Source of the DNA: Phycisphaera mikurensis NBRC 102666
Lineage (GTDB): Bacteria > Planctomycetota > Phycisphaerae > Phycisphaerales > Phycisphaeraceae
Reading direction: 5' to 3'
Length of the DNA: 32,000 bases
Assembly: GCF_000284115.1 (NCBI RefSeq)
Contig: NC_017080.1
Span: 1,320,001-1,352,000 of the forward strand
Under the pieces are notes generated by a model. That model was not told where the DNA came from. It did no database searches and saw only the letters and a list, made by a program, of their open reading frames with translations. Shown here piece by piece: positions 9,722-18,397 of the stretch. Numbering within the stretch: position 1 is the stretch's first letter; each line of letters starts with the position of its first letter. The position numbers and the translations under genes are program-made.

Positions 9722-10327
9722 ATGCCCACCCTCCACGCCACCTGCCTGCTCGCCTCGGCTCCGGGACCGTCGGTCGGCTTCTGGAGCACGATCTTCGGCA
9801 CATCCTGGTCCGACGCCGGCCGCCTCGCCCTGACCGCCCTCGCCGGCTACGCGGTGCTGGTGGCGATGATCCGGCTGTTCGGGAAGCGCACCACCTCGCG
9901 GATGAACAACTTCGACTGGATCGTTACGGTCGCGATCGGCACGATCTTCGCCACCACGCTGATCCGCGACGCCGTGCCCCTCTCCGACGGGCTGCTGGCC
10001 ATCCTGCTCCTGCTCGTCGTCCAGTTCGCGGTGACCCAGGCCACCGCCCGCTCCGCATTCGCCCGCCGTTTGTTTCTGTCCCCGCCGCGGATCCTCTGCC
10101 GGGCGGGCGTCGTCGACGAGCGGGCGATGCGACGCGAGCGGGTCTCCCGCTCGGAGCTGGAGTCCGCCGTGCGGGCGGCCGGGCTCGGCCGCCTCGGGGA
10201 CGCGGCCGCGGTCGTGCTCGAGTCCGACGCCACGCTCGCGGTCGTGAAATCGACCGACCGCGACCGCCTCACCGCCTTCCGGGGCGTCCGCGGCTTCGAA
10301 CCGCCGGCCGATGCCGACGGCCGCTGA
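9722..10327 (+). CDS. DUF421 (YetF/YcaP-like) membrane protein
   Basis: FGKRTTSRMNNFDWIVTVAIGTIFATTLI...LLAILLLLVVQFAVT: typical DUF421 N-terminal TM region. Confidence 0.8.
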   Translation: MPTLHATCLLASAPGPSVGFWSTIFGTSWSDAGRLALTALAGYAVLVAMIRLFGKRTTSRMNNFDWIVTVAIGTIFATTLIRDAVPLSDGLLAILLLLVVQFAVTQATARSAFARRLFLSPPRILCRAGVVDERAMRRERVSRSELESAVRAAGLGRLGDAAAVVLESDATLAVVKSTDRDRLTAFRGVRGFEPPADADGR

Positions 10328-11608
10328 TCAGAAGAGCAGCTGCAGCTGCGTGCGGATCGACAGCAGATCCCCGCCGCCGGGCGGCGCGAGGCCCAGCCCG
10401 CCGCCGAAGGCGCCGCCGGCGAGGGCCTCCGGCGTGGTGCCGCCGAAGCCGGCCGGTGCCTCGGGGACGTACACGCCGTCGAGGGTCAGCCGCAGGTCCT
10501 GGCCCCGCAGGTAGGCGTTGACGCCGGCTGTCACCGCGTGCACCGCGTCCACCTCGCCGTCGTCGATGAAGTCGTAGCGGACGAAAGGCTGCACCTTCTC
10601 GGTCAGGCTCCAGCCGCCCTGCACCACGAAGCCCCGCGCGCTGAATCCGCCGGCGTCCGCCCCCATGACCGCGGCCATCGCCGCCACGGAATCGAGCTTG
10701 AAGACGGCGTCGGCGGTCCAGGCCGACAGCGTGTTGCCGCCGACCACCGAGTCGTCGTCCTGCACATGCCCCGCGAGGCCGAGGAACAGCTGCGGGCCCA
10801 GCTCCCAGGCGACGAGGTCCTTGAGGTTGTCCCACTCGCCGAGCAAGCGGCTCTGCGCACGGGTGGTGAAGGCCCAGTCGCTCGCGTCGTTGAGGCTTCC
10901 GGTGTTGCTGCGTGTGCCGCCGTCGCTGAGGGCGGCGCTCAGCCGCACCCGGTCGGCGACCGGCACCACCAGCTGCACCTGTTCGCTGCGGTTGAGGGTG
11001 AAGAAGTTGCTGCTCTGGGCCCGATCCGCCGCGAGCAGCCGCTTCGCCGAGAGCAGCTGCTCGTAGAGGAACGGGAGCTTGAAGAGCCCGGCCTGGAGCT
11101 TGACGCCGCCGTCGAACGTCCACTGGACCTGCGCGTCGAGCACGTCCACCCCGCCGCCCTCGCGGTCGGCGTCGAGCTGCAGGAAGTAGCTGAGCTTCTC
11201 GTCGACCACGTGCCCGGAGAAGGCGAGGCGGGCCCGCCGCACCTGGAAGCCCGAGGCGTCGTCGCGGGGCCCGCCGGCCGCGTCGCGGAGAGCGACGTGC
11301 TGGAACTGCAGCAGGCCCTCGATGTCGAGCCGGTGGCCCGGTCCCGCGAGGAAGAAACGCTGCCCGTCGTGCCCGCCGAACGCCGCCGCCTCCCCGGCCG
11401 CCTCCACCGCGTCGTCGACCACCCGGCGGACCTCCTCGCGGCGGGCGTCGGCGGTCCAGGGCGCCTCGCCGCGTCGCTCGTCGAGCTCCGCCCGCAGCGC
11501 CGCGACCTCGGCCCGCAGCGCGACGAGCCGGTCCGCGGGCGGCTCCTGCGCGGACGCGGCGGGTGCGGCGACGGCGGCGGCGAGGGCGAGGAGACGGATC
11601 GGCTTCAA
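10328..11608 (-). CDS. Porin, phosphate-selective (OprP/OprO-like) type
   Basis: Signal-like N-terminus MKPIRLLALAAAVAAPAASAQ, coiled coil, FQVRRARLAFSGHVVDEKLSYFLQLDADREGGGVDVLDAQVQW, C-terminal IRTQLQLLF ending in an aromatic residue. Confidence 0.8.
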   Translation of the reverse strand: MKPIRLLALAAAVAAPAASAQEPPADRLVALRAEVAALRAELDERRGEAPWTADARREEVRRVVDDAVEAAGEAAAFGGHDGQRFFLAGPGHRLDIEGLLQFQHVALRDAAGGPRDDASGFQVRRARLAFSGHVVDEKLSYFLQLDADREGGGVDVLDAQVQWTFDGGVKLQAGLFKLPFLYEQLLSAKRLLAADRAQSSNFFTLNRSEQVQLVVPVADRVRLSAALSDGGTRSNTGSLNDASDWAFTTRAQSRLLGEWDNLKDLVAWELGPQLFLGLAGHVQDDDSVVGGNTLSAWTADAVFKLDSVAAMAAVMGADAGGFSARGFVVQGGWSLTEKVQPFVRYDFIDDGEVDAVHAVTAGVNAYLRGQDLRLTLDGVYVPEAPAGFGGTTPEALAGGAFGGGLGLAPPGGGDLLSIRTQLQLLF

Positions 11609-11889
11609 GGTGCGGGCACGCTAGCGCACCGCGGCCGGTCGCCGAGCCTCGCCCGCCGAGCCTCTGCCCCATGCGTCCGGCGGTCGGGCACGCGTCGCTG
11701 CGTAACCGCTCTGCCTGTGGGCCGCGGGCGGTCTGGGCGGGGGCCGGCCGCACCGCCCGGCCCTCCCCCGGCGGCGTCGCGCCGGCTTGCCGCGTCCACG
11801 CACCGCCGACCCGCAGCGTTTACCCTGACGCTCGCGCCGCCCACGCCGGGCGGCGGCTCTTCTGCACCTCCCGCCGGAGGCGGAATGCC

Positions 11890-12546
11890 ATGAACCCACA
11901 GGACATCCCCCTCGAGAGCGCGGCCCACAAGCCCTACAAGACCGTGCTGCTGTTCGGCGCCCCGGGCGCGGGCAAGGGCACGCAGGGGAAGATCCTCGCG
12001 CGGATCCCGGGCTTCTACCACTGCTCCTGCGGCGACGTCTTCCGCAACATGGACCTCACCAGCGACCTGGGCCGCATGTTCGTCGACTACTCCAGCCGCG
12101 GCGAGCTCGTGCCCGACGAGGTGACGGTGAAGATGTGGGCCCGGGCGATCCGGGCCCGCGCCTTCCTCGGCGACTTCAAGCCCTCCGACGACATCCTGAT
12201 CCTCGACGGCATCCCACGCACGCTGCAGCAGGCCCGGCTGATGGACGAGCACGTCGAGGTCATCCAGGTCATCCACCTCACCTGCTCGGACGAGGCGGAG
12301 ATGGTGCGGCGGCTGCGGCGCCGGGCGATCAAGGAGAACCGCCGCGACGACGCCGACGAGGCCGTGATCCGCAGCCGCTGGCGGATTTACCAGGAGGAGA
12401 CGGCCCCGGTGCTCCGGCACTACGAGCCGTCGATGATCCGCGAGGTGGACGCGATGGGCTCGCCCGCCCAGGTGCTCGGCAGCGTGCTCGACCACGTGGT
12501 GCCGGCCCAGGACGCGCACTTCGCCGCGGACCGCGAGGGGAAGTAG
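11890..12546 (+). CDS. Adenylate-kinase-like nucleoside monophosphate kinase
   Basis: VLLFGAPGAGKGTQGKILARIPGFYHCSCGDVFR; LILDGIPRTLQQARLMD; RLRRRAIKENRRDDADEAVIRSRWRIY. Confidence 0.85.
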   Translation: MNPQDIPLESAAHKPYKTVLLFGAPGAGKGTQGKILARIPGFYHCSCGDVFRNMDLTSDLGRMFVDYSSRGELVPDEVTVKMWARAIRARAFLGDFKPSDDILILDGIPRTLQQARLMDEHVEVIQVIHLTCSDEAEMVRRLRRRAIKENRRDDADEAVIRSRWRIYQEETAPVLRHYEPSMIREVDAMGSPAQVLGSVLDHVVPAQDAHFAADREGK

Positions 12547-12702
12547 CGAGAAGGGGGGGGCGATCCGCGGCGCGGCGGGCGTGGAGCCAGGGGCGACGGG
12601 GGATCCCGGCGGGCATGCCCGAGCCGTGCGGCCCGGCGGCTCCGCCGGCCGGGGCTCGCTCCGGCGTCTTCATCGATCCTCCCGTTCCCGGCTTCCCGAG
12701 CC

Positions 12703-13923
12703 TCACGCGGTGGCGTCCGCGTCGGCCCGCCTGCAGATCATGGCCCGCACGCTCCGCCCCAGGCGGAGCACGAGAACCACCAGCGCCGCCTCGCCCGCTC
12801 CGCTCCAGCGGCGGGCGAGCGCGTCGGGCTCGCAGGCGCGGCCGCGGGTCTTCACGGTGACCTCGCCGGCGTCGAGCGCCCGGAGCCGGGCGGCGACCTT
12901 CTCCGGCCGGAAGGCGAGCTCCTCGAGCAGCTCGAAGGCGGTGAGCCAAGCCGCGTCGCCGGCGTCGGCGGGCAACGCGTCGGCGGTGAGCACGCCGAGG
13001 CCGGGGGCGAGCTCGGGCAGGCCCAGCGTGGGGAGCAGCTCCGCACGCTCCAGCGCCGGGTCGGGAACGAGGAGCAGGCCGGCCGGCGGGGCGGTGCCGA
13101 GGTCGGTGGACGGCTCGCCGGCGCGGTGCAGCACGCCGCCGGGCCGGACGAGCGAGGCGGAGCGGGTGGCGGTGCCGGCGAGGCGTCCCGTCCAGAGCAG
13201 GGCCTGGACCAGCGTCGAACGCCCGCCGGCGGACGCGCTCACGAAGCCCAGCTCGGCGGGTGCGCCCGGCGCCGCGAGCGTCGCGGCTTCGGCGCGGTCG
13301 ACGCCGGGGGCGAGCTTGACGCAGCCGCCGGCCGCGGCGGCGAGCGAGGCCCGGACGGCGGCCGGCCCGGGGAGCATCGCCCCGAGGCCTCGGAGCCGGC
13401 GGCCGGCGGCCCGGCGGGCGGGATCCAGGTGGACGAGGCGGCAAGCCAGCGCGCCGCGGGGGAGGTCCTCGATCCGCGCCGCCGCCGCGGGCACGCCGGC
13501 GTTCCGGCCCGCCATCCACGCCCGGAGCGGGTCGGCGTCGATGCCGATCGCGGCGACTCCGGCCTCCGCCAGGGCGATCAGGTCGCCGCCGACGCCGCAG
13601 CCCAGGTCCAGCGCCGGCGGGTCGCCGGGCCGCGCGGCGGCCGCGAAGCGCGACGCCTTCGCCGCCGCCACCGCGAGCGAGCTCGCCTGCTCCACGCCCT
13701 CGGCGTCGGCGAGCAGCGTCGCCGCCCGCTCCCCGAACTTCGGCTCCGCCTTGGCCCGGGCGGCCGCGAGGCCGAGAGCGGCGGCGACGATGGCCGGGTC
13801 GCGTCCGGCGCGGAGGCGGGCGACGGAGGCGACGCGCGAGGCGTCGGTCGCCGAGGCCTCCCGCATCAGCGTGGCGTCGCCCGCGGCGGCCGCCGCGGCG
13901 GTGATTCGGTCGGCGTGCGGCAC
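12703..13923 (-). CDS. Class I SAM-dependent methyltransferase with THUMP-like C-terminus
   Basis: PPALDLGCGVGGDLIALAEAGVAAIGIDADPL motif I; C-terminal VTVKTRGRACEPDALARRW. Confidence 0.7.
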   Translation of the reverse strand: MPHADRITAAAAAAGDATLMREASATDASRVASVARLRAGRDPAIVAAALGLAAARAKAEPKFGERAATLLADAEGVEQASSLAVAAAKASRFAAAARPGDPPALDLGCGVGGDLIALAEAGVAAIGIDADPLRAWMAGRNAGVPAAAARIEDLPRGALACRLVHLDPARRAAGRRLRGLGAMLPGPAAVRASLAAAAGGCVKLAPGVDRAEAATLAAPGAPAELGFVSASAGGRSTLVQALLWTGRLAGTATRSASLVRPGGVLHRAGEPSTDLGTAPPAGLLLVPDPALERAELLPTLGLPELAPGLGVLTADALPADAGDAAWLTAFELLEELAFRPEKVAARLRALDAGEVTVKTRGRACEPDALARRWSGAGEAALVVLVLRLGRSVRAMICRRADADATA

Positions 13924-14014
13924 GCGGGGACGCTACCGCCGGTGCCGCCGGAGAGCCGGAGCCCCGGCGGCGCTTCGCCCCCGCGGACCGGCCGTTCCGG
14001 GCTACGTTCGGGCG

Positions 14015-15298
14015 ATGCCGACCGTGACCGACCCCGCGAACCCGCTGCTCGCGGTGGCGCTCGGCGCCGCCGCGGTCCTGCTCCCGCTGCTGGTGACCGC
14101 GTGCGTCGTGCTCACCGTCTCCCGCGCACGGCTCTCGCGCCGCCTCGCCGCGGCCGAGGCCGACGCCGCGGGCCTGCGGGCGGCGGCCGAGGCCGCGGGC
14201 GGCCTGCGGACGCTGATCGAGGCGTCGGCCGAGACGCTGGGTGACCGCTTCGCCGCGCTCTCCGCCGAGGCGCTCGACGTCGGAGGCCGCCGCTTCCTGG
14301 ACCTGGCCGACCGCCGCCTCGGCGGCACCGAAGACGCCGCGGCCGCGCGGCTCTCGGCGCTGATCGACCCGCTGCGCTCGCAGCTCGACCGGCAGGCCGC
14401 CGCCGTCGCCGAGCTGGAGCGGGGGCGGCGCGCCAGCGAGGGCGGCCTCAAGGAGCAGCTGCTCGGGCTCGCCCGGGCGCAGGAGGGCCTCGACCGCCGG
14501 GCCGGCGAGCTGGCGGCGGCGCTCTCGGGCTCGTCCGCCCAGCGCGGCCGCTGGGGCGAGCTGACCCTGCGACGCGTCGCCGAATCGGCGGGCATGGTCG
14601 ACCGCTGCGACTTCGGCGAGCAGTTCCACATCGCGGCCGACGATCGGCGGGGCGTCTTGCGGCCGGACATGGTCGTCCACCTCCCCGGCGACCGGCGCGT
14701 CGTGGTCGACGCGAAGGGCGTCGGCGCCTCCTATCTCGCCGCCTGCCGCGAGGCCGACGAGGCCGAGCGGGAGCGGCTGCTCGGCCGGCACCTCGCCGAC
14801 CTCGAGACGCAGGTCAAGCGGCTGTCGGAGAAGGCCTACCAGCGGGCGCTGCCCCGCGGCGTCGACTTCGTCGTGCTCTTCGTGCCGGGCGACAGCTTCC
14901 TGGCGCCCGCGGCCGAGCGGCGGCCCGACCTGCTGGAGTGGGCCCTCGCCCGCAACGTCGTCATCGCCACGCCGACGACGCTGGTGACGCTGCTCAAGGC
15001 CGTCGCCATGGGCTGGCGGGAGCAGGCGGTCAGCGAGAACGCGGCGCGGATCCGCGACGCGGGCGCGGAGCTGCACCGGCGGCTCCAACGCCTCACCGCC
15101 CACCTCGACGCGGCCGGCCGCGGCCTCGCCGAGGCCGTCACCGCGCACAACCGCTTCCTGGGCAGCTTCGAGCGGCACGCGCTCCCGGCCGCCCGGCGGC
15201 TGGAGGCCATGGACGCCGCCGGCGACGAGCCGCTCCGGGCGGAAGCCCCGGCCGCCTCCACCCCCGGCCCGATCCGCAGCCGCACGCCCGCCGCCTGA
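14015..15298 (+). CDS. rmuC: DNA recombination protein RmuC
   Basis: N-terminal TM, long coiled coil, GRWGELTLRRVAESAGM...DFGEQFH...RPDMVVHLPGDRRVVVDAKGV...VDFVVLFVPGDSFLAPA. Confidence 0.93.
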   Translation: MPTVTDPANPLLAVALGAAAVLLPLLVTACVVLTVSRARLSRRLAAAEADAAGLRAAAEAAGGLRTLIEASAETLGDRFAALSAEALDVGGRRFLDLADRRLGGTEDAAAARLSALIDPLRSQLDRQAAAVAELERGRRASEGGLKEQLLGLARAQEGLDRRAGELAAALSGSSAQRGRWGELTLRRVAESAGMVDRCDFGEQFHIAADDRRGVLRPDMVVHLPGDRRVVVDAKGVGASYLAACREADEAERERLLGRHLADLETQVKRLSEKAYQRALPRGVDFVVLFVPGDSFLAPAAERRPDLLEWALARNVVIATPTTLVTLLKAVAMGWREQAVSENAARIRDAGAELHRRLQRLTAHLDAAGRGLAEAVTAHNRFLGSFERHALPAARRLEAMDAAGDEPLRAEAPAASTPGPIRSRTPAA

Positions 15299-15406
15299 CC
15301 CCCGCGCGGCGTGGAGCCCGCCGGCCCCGGCCCGTCGCAAGACGCAGGCCCGGGCGGGGCGGCCCGCCCGCCCGGCGGCGTCGAGGAGCCGCACGCGCTT
15401 CGCGCG

Positions 15407-16828
15407 CTACCCCAGCGGCACCCGGTCGTCCGCCGCCCGCAGCTCCCGCTGGGCGTGCTGCGGCGGCATCGGGTCCGGCGGCGCGGCGTCCCGCACCTCC
15501 GCCGCCGGCTCGCCCGCGGCGGCCATCCGCCGCAGCAGCCGCTCCTTCATCCGCTCCCGGACCGGGGCGTACGCGGCCAGGCCGGCGAGGTTGATCAGCT
15601 CGTGCGGGTCGGCGAGGAGGTCGTACAGGTGCGTCTCGGTGTAGGCCGCGGCGAAGCGGTCCCCCGGCGCCGCGTCCGGCGCCTCCGCGGCGTACTTCCA
15701 CCGCCGGGTCCGCACGGCGCGGCCCGTCACGCTCTCGCTCACCTGGATGAAGGCCTCCTCCGGCCACGCCGCCGCCGCGCCCGGCTCGCGGCGCACGAGC
15801 CCGACGGCGCTGCGCCCCTGCGCCCCCTCGGGCGGGTCCACCCCGGCGGCTCCGCAGAGGGTCGGGGCGACGTCGGTCAGCTGGAAGGGCAGCTCCACGC
15901 GCCCGCCGCCGGTGAAGGGCCCGCCGTGCGCCACGCACGGGGTCCGGACGCTCGCCTCGTGGCACGACCGCTTGTACTCGTCGTTCCGCGTGCGGAAGTG
16001 GCAGGCGTGGTCGCTCGCGAAGAGCACGACCGTGTCCTCGATCCGGCCCAGCGAGATCAGCGCGTCCATCAGCCGCCCGAAGGCCTCGTCCAGCCGCCTG
16101 CACATCCCGAAGTAGCCGGCGAGCTGCTGCTGGGCGTTGCCGCCGGTGAGGTGGCGGACCGCCGGGTGGGCCCCGGGCAGCGCCGCCAGGTCGGGCGGCG
16201 TCCACCGCCCGGCGTAGCGGCCGGCGCTGAAGGCCGGGGCCGGGTGATCGTCGCGGTGGTTCTGCATGTGCGGCTCGAGGTGGCTGAGCATGCACAGGAA
16301 GGGCTCACCCGCACCCGAACGCTCGGAGATCCAGCGGATCGTCGCGTCGGTGAGCGCGTCCACCCGGTAGCCCGGCAGGTCGACGGGGTGCCCGCCGGCG
16401 TCCCAGAGCCTCGTCTGGTACGCGTCGCTCGTCGCCTCCAGCGCGTTGGCCGCCAGCCAGTGTTGCCAGCCGCCGCGGCTTTCCTCGGGCACCGCGTCGC
16501 CGCCCCCGGCCAGGTGCCACTTGCCGAAGTAGCCCGTGGCGTAACCGGCCGCGGCGAAGCGCTTCGCCAGCGTGTCGGCTTCGGCGGGCAGCGGCCGCCC
16601 GTTGGTGTGGCAGCCCGGGCCGATGGCCGTCGCGAAGCGGCCGGTCTGCAGGCAGGCGCGGGCGGGGCCGCAGACCGGCTGCGGGGTGATGGCCTGCGCG
16701 AAGTGCGTGCCGCGGGCGCCCCAGGCGTCGAGGTTGGGCGTCAGGTCGAGCGGGCAGCCGTGCAGCCCGCTGGTGTCGTGCCGCTGCTGATCCGTGAAGA
16801 AGACGACGACGTTGAGGCGGCCGCTCAT
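15407..16828 (-). CDS. Sulfatase
   Basis: NVVVFFTDQQRHDTSGLHG; sulfatase signature CGPARACLQTGRF (Cys nucleophile, C-x-P/A-x-R-type context); LSHLEPHMQNHRDD; DTVVLFASDHACHF. Confidence 0.88.
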   Translation of the reverse strand: MSGRLNVVVFFTDQQRHDTSGLHGCPLDLTPNLDAWGARGTHFAQAITPQPVCGPARACLQTGRFATAIGPGCHTNGRPLPAEADTLAKRFAAAGYATGYFGKWHLAGGGDAVPEESRGGWQHWLAANALEATSDAYQTRLWDAGGHPVDLPGYRVDALTDATIRWISERSGAGEPFLCMLSHLEPHMQNHRDDHPAPAFSAGRYAGRWTPPDLAALPGAHPAVRHLTGGNAQQQLAGYFGMCRRLDEAFGRLMDALISLGRIEDTVVLFASDHACHFRTRNDEYKRSCHEASVRTPCVAHGGPFTGGGRVELPFQLTDVAPTLCGAAGVDPPEGAQGRSAVGLVRREPGAAAAWPEEAFIQVSESVTGRAVRTRRWKYAAEAPDAAPGDRFAAAYTETHLYDLLADPHELINLAGLAAYAPVRERMKERLLRRMAAAGEPAAEVRDAAPPDPMPPQHAQRELRAADDRVPLG

Positions 16829-16869
16829 GGCGGGGAGGCTAAACCGCGGCGGACCGGCTCCGGGCGCCC

Positions 16870-17427
16870 TCAGCTTGCGGCCGGTTCGTCCAACGCCTCG
16901 TCGACCGTCCGCGGGCGCTCGTCGACGGGCGGCTTGACGGCGTCGCCTCTCCGCGGCTTCGGGCGCGGGGTCTTGATCTTCGGGCTCGGCGCGTCGTCCC
17001 CGCCGCCGCGGAACCAGTCCCGCGCCTTCGTCTGCAGGTACGCCGTGCCCGCGGAAGCCACCACCGGGATCGCCTTCCTCCGCACCCACCGGCTCTGCAG
17101 CAGCACCACCGCGCCGGCCGCGATCAGCCCGAGCGCGACCGCCTTCTTGTGGTCCCCCAGCCGGTCGTCCAGGCGGTCGGTGACGGCCTGCACCGGATCG
17201 TCGCGGACGTCTTCCGCCAGCTTCTTGCCCCGGCTCAACAGCGACGGCCCTGCCGCGGCCTCCTCCGCATCGGCCGCGGCCTGCTCGGCGGCGAAGGCCG
17301 CCTTCGCCTCGGCGAGGAGGCGGCGGGTCTCGGCGGTGGAGTCGACGGCCGGCTCGGCGGCGGGCCCGGGGTGCGGGTCGGCGGGGCGGGTGGGGGGGAT
17401 CGGCGGCGTGGGGGGCGTCGTGTCCAT
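16870..17427 (-). CDS. Hypothetical YqjD/DUF3618-like membrane-anchored protein
   Basis: Coiled/Ala-rich N-terminus, DDPVQAVTDRLDDRLGDHKKAVALGLIAAGAVVLL single TM. Confidence 0.5.
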   Translation of the reverse strand: MDTTPPTPPIPPTRPADPHPGPAAEPAVDSTAETRRLLAEAKAAFAAEQAAADAEEAAAGPSLLSRGKKLAEDVRDDPVQAVTDRLDDRLGDHKKAVALGLIAAGAVVLLQSRWVRRKAIPVVASAGTAYLQTKARDWFRGGGDDAPSPKIKTPRPKPRRGDAVKPPVDERPRTVDEALDEPAAS

Positions 17428-17462
17428 GGGCAGCGGGCGCGGAACGGGCCGCGGGAAGAGGT

Positions 17463-17894
17463 TCAGGAAACCGCGGACCGCGGCGGCGTCGGCCCCGGAG
17501 GGACGGCGGTCCGCGGCGTCGCCGAGGCGGGCGTCACCGGCGGCGCGGCGGGCGAGCCGGGTGCGACGGCAGCGGCCGAAGCGGGCGGCGGGCCGGCGGG
17601 CGGCGGCGGAAGGGCGCTACGCACGCCCATCCAGGCCGCCCCGGCCGCCGCCGCGGCGAGCCAGAGCCCCGCCACCAGCAGCGCGAGCGGCCAGCCGATG
17701 AGACGGGCCAGCAGCCACATGAACGCCACCGTCAGCACGAGCCCCGCCAGCGAGGCGAGCGACACCGCGAGGGACCACCACGTCAGCACCCGCAGCACCC
17801 TCCCGCCCACGTGCAGCGCCACGCGTCCCTCGGCCTCCGCCAGGCCGGCGAGGTTGACGGCGAAGGCGTTGAGTCGACGGAAGAGCTGATTCAT
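17463..17894 (-). CDS. YqjE/phage-holin-3_6-like membrane protein
   Basis: LAEAEGRVALHVGGRVLRVLTWWSLAVSLASLAGLVLTVAFMWLLARLIGWPLALLVAGLWLAAAAAG. Confidence 0.5.
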   Translation of the reverse strand: MNQLFRRLNAFAVNLAGLAEAEGRVALHVGGRVLRVLTWWSLAVSLASLAGLVLTVAFMWLLARLIGWPLALLVAGLWLAAAAAGAAWMGVRSALPPPPAGPPPASAAAVAPGSPAAPPVTPASATPRTAVPPGPTPPRSAVS

Positions 17895-17937
17895 GCTTCA
17901 AGCGGGCGCGGGCGGGCCGCGGCAACGTAGCTCGCGC

Positions 17938-18309
17938 TCAGGCCCGGTCGACGCTGTCGTCGCGGCTGAGCACCTTGCGCTTGATCGTCTGGCGCCGGGC
18001 CAGCAGCATCTTCGTCGCCATGCCCGAGACGATGGCGACGCCGAGCGCGGCCAGCGGCGGGTCGCGGAAGAAGTCCTTCTGCAGGTGGTGGAGCACCGTC
18101 TCCACGGCGTCCACCATCTTGTCCTGCGTGCTGTCGACGGACTGGTTCTGCTCGTCACCGCCCATCAGCCGCGACTCCCGCTTCTGCCGGCGCTGCTCGC
18201 GGAACTCGGCGAGTTCGGCCTTCATCGCCGCGAGCTCCGCGGCGAGGTCCTCGCCCTGCGGTTCGGTCTGGCTTCCGGCGGTGTCCTGGTTCTCGTTGTT
18301 CTTGGCCAT
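17938..18309 (-). CDS. Hypothetical protein, charged helix plus short hydrophobic segment (DUF883/ElaB-like architecture)
   Basis: MAKNNENQDTAGSQTE...VETVLHHLQKDFFRDPPLAALGVAIVSGMATKMLLARR. Confidence 0.5.
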   Translation of the reverse strand: MAKNNENQDTAGSQTEPQGEDLAAELAAMKAELAEFREQRRQKRESRLMGGDEQNQSVDSTQDKMVDAVETVLHHLQKDFFRDPPLAALGVAIVSGMATKMLLARRQTIKRKVLSRDDSVDRA

Positions 18310-18397
18310 GGTTCGTGCGGGGTGCTTCGGGGGTGGCGTGCACCGCCCCTCGCCCGGAGCGTAGCGCGAGCCGGAGGCGGGGTTGGGCCCGCCGATC

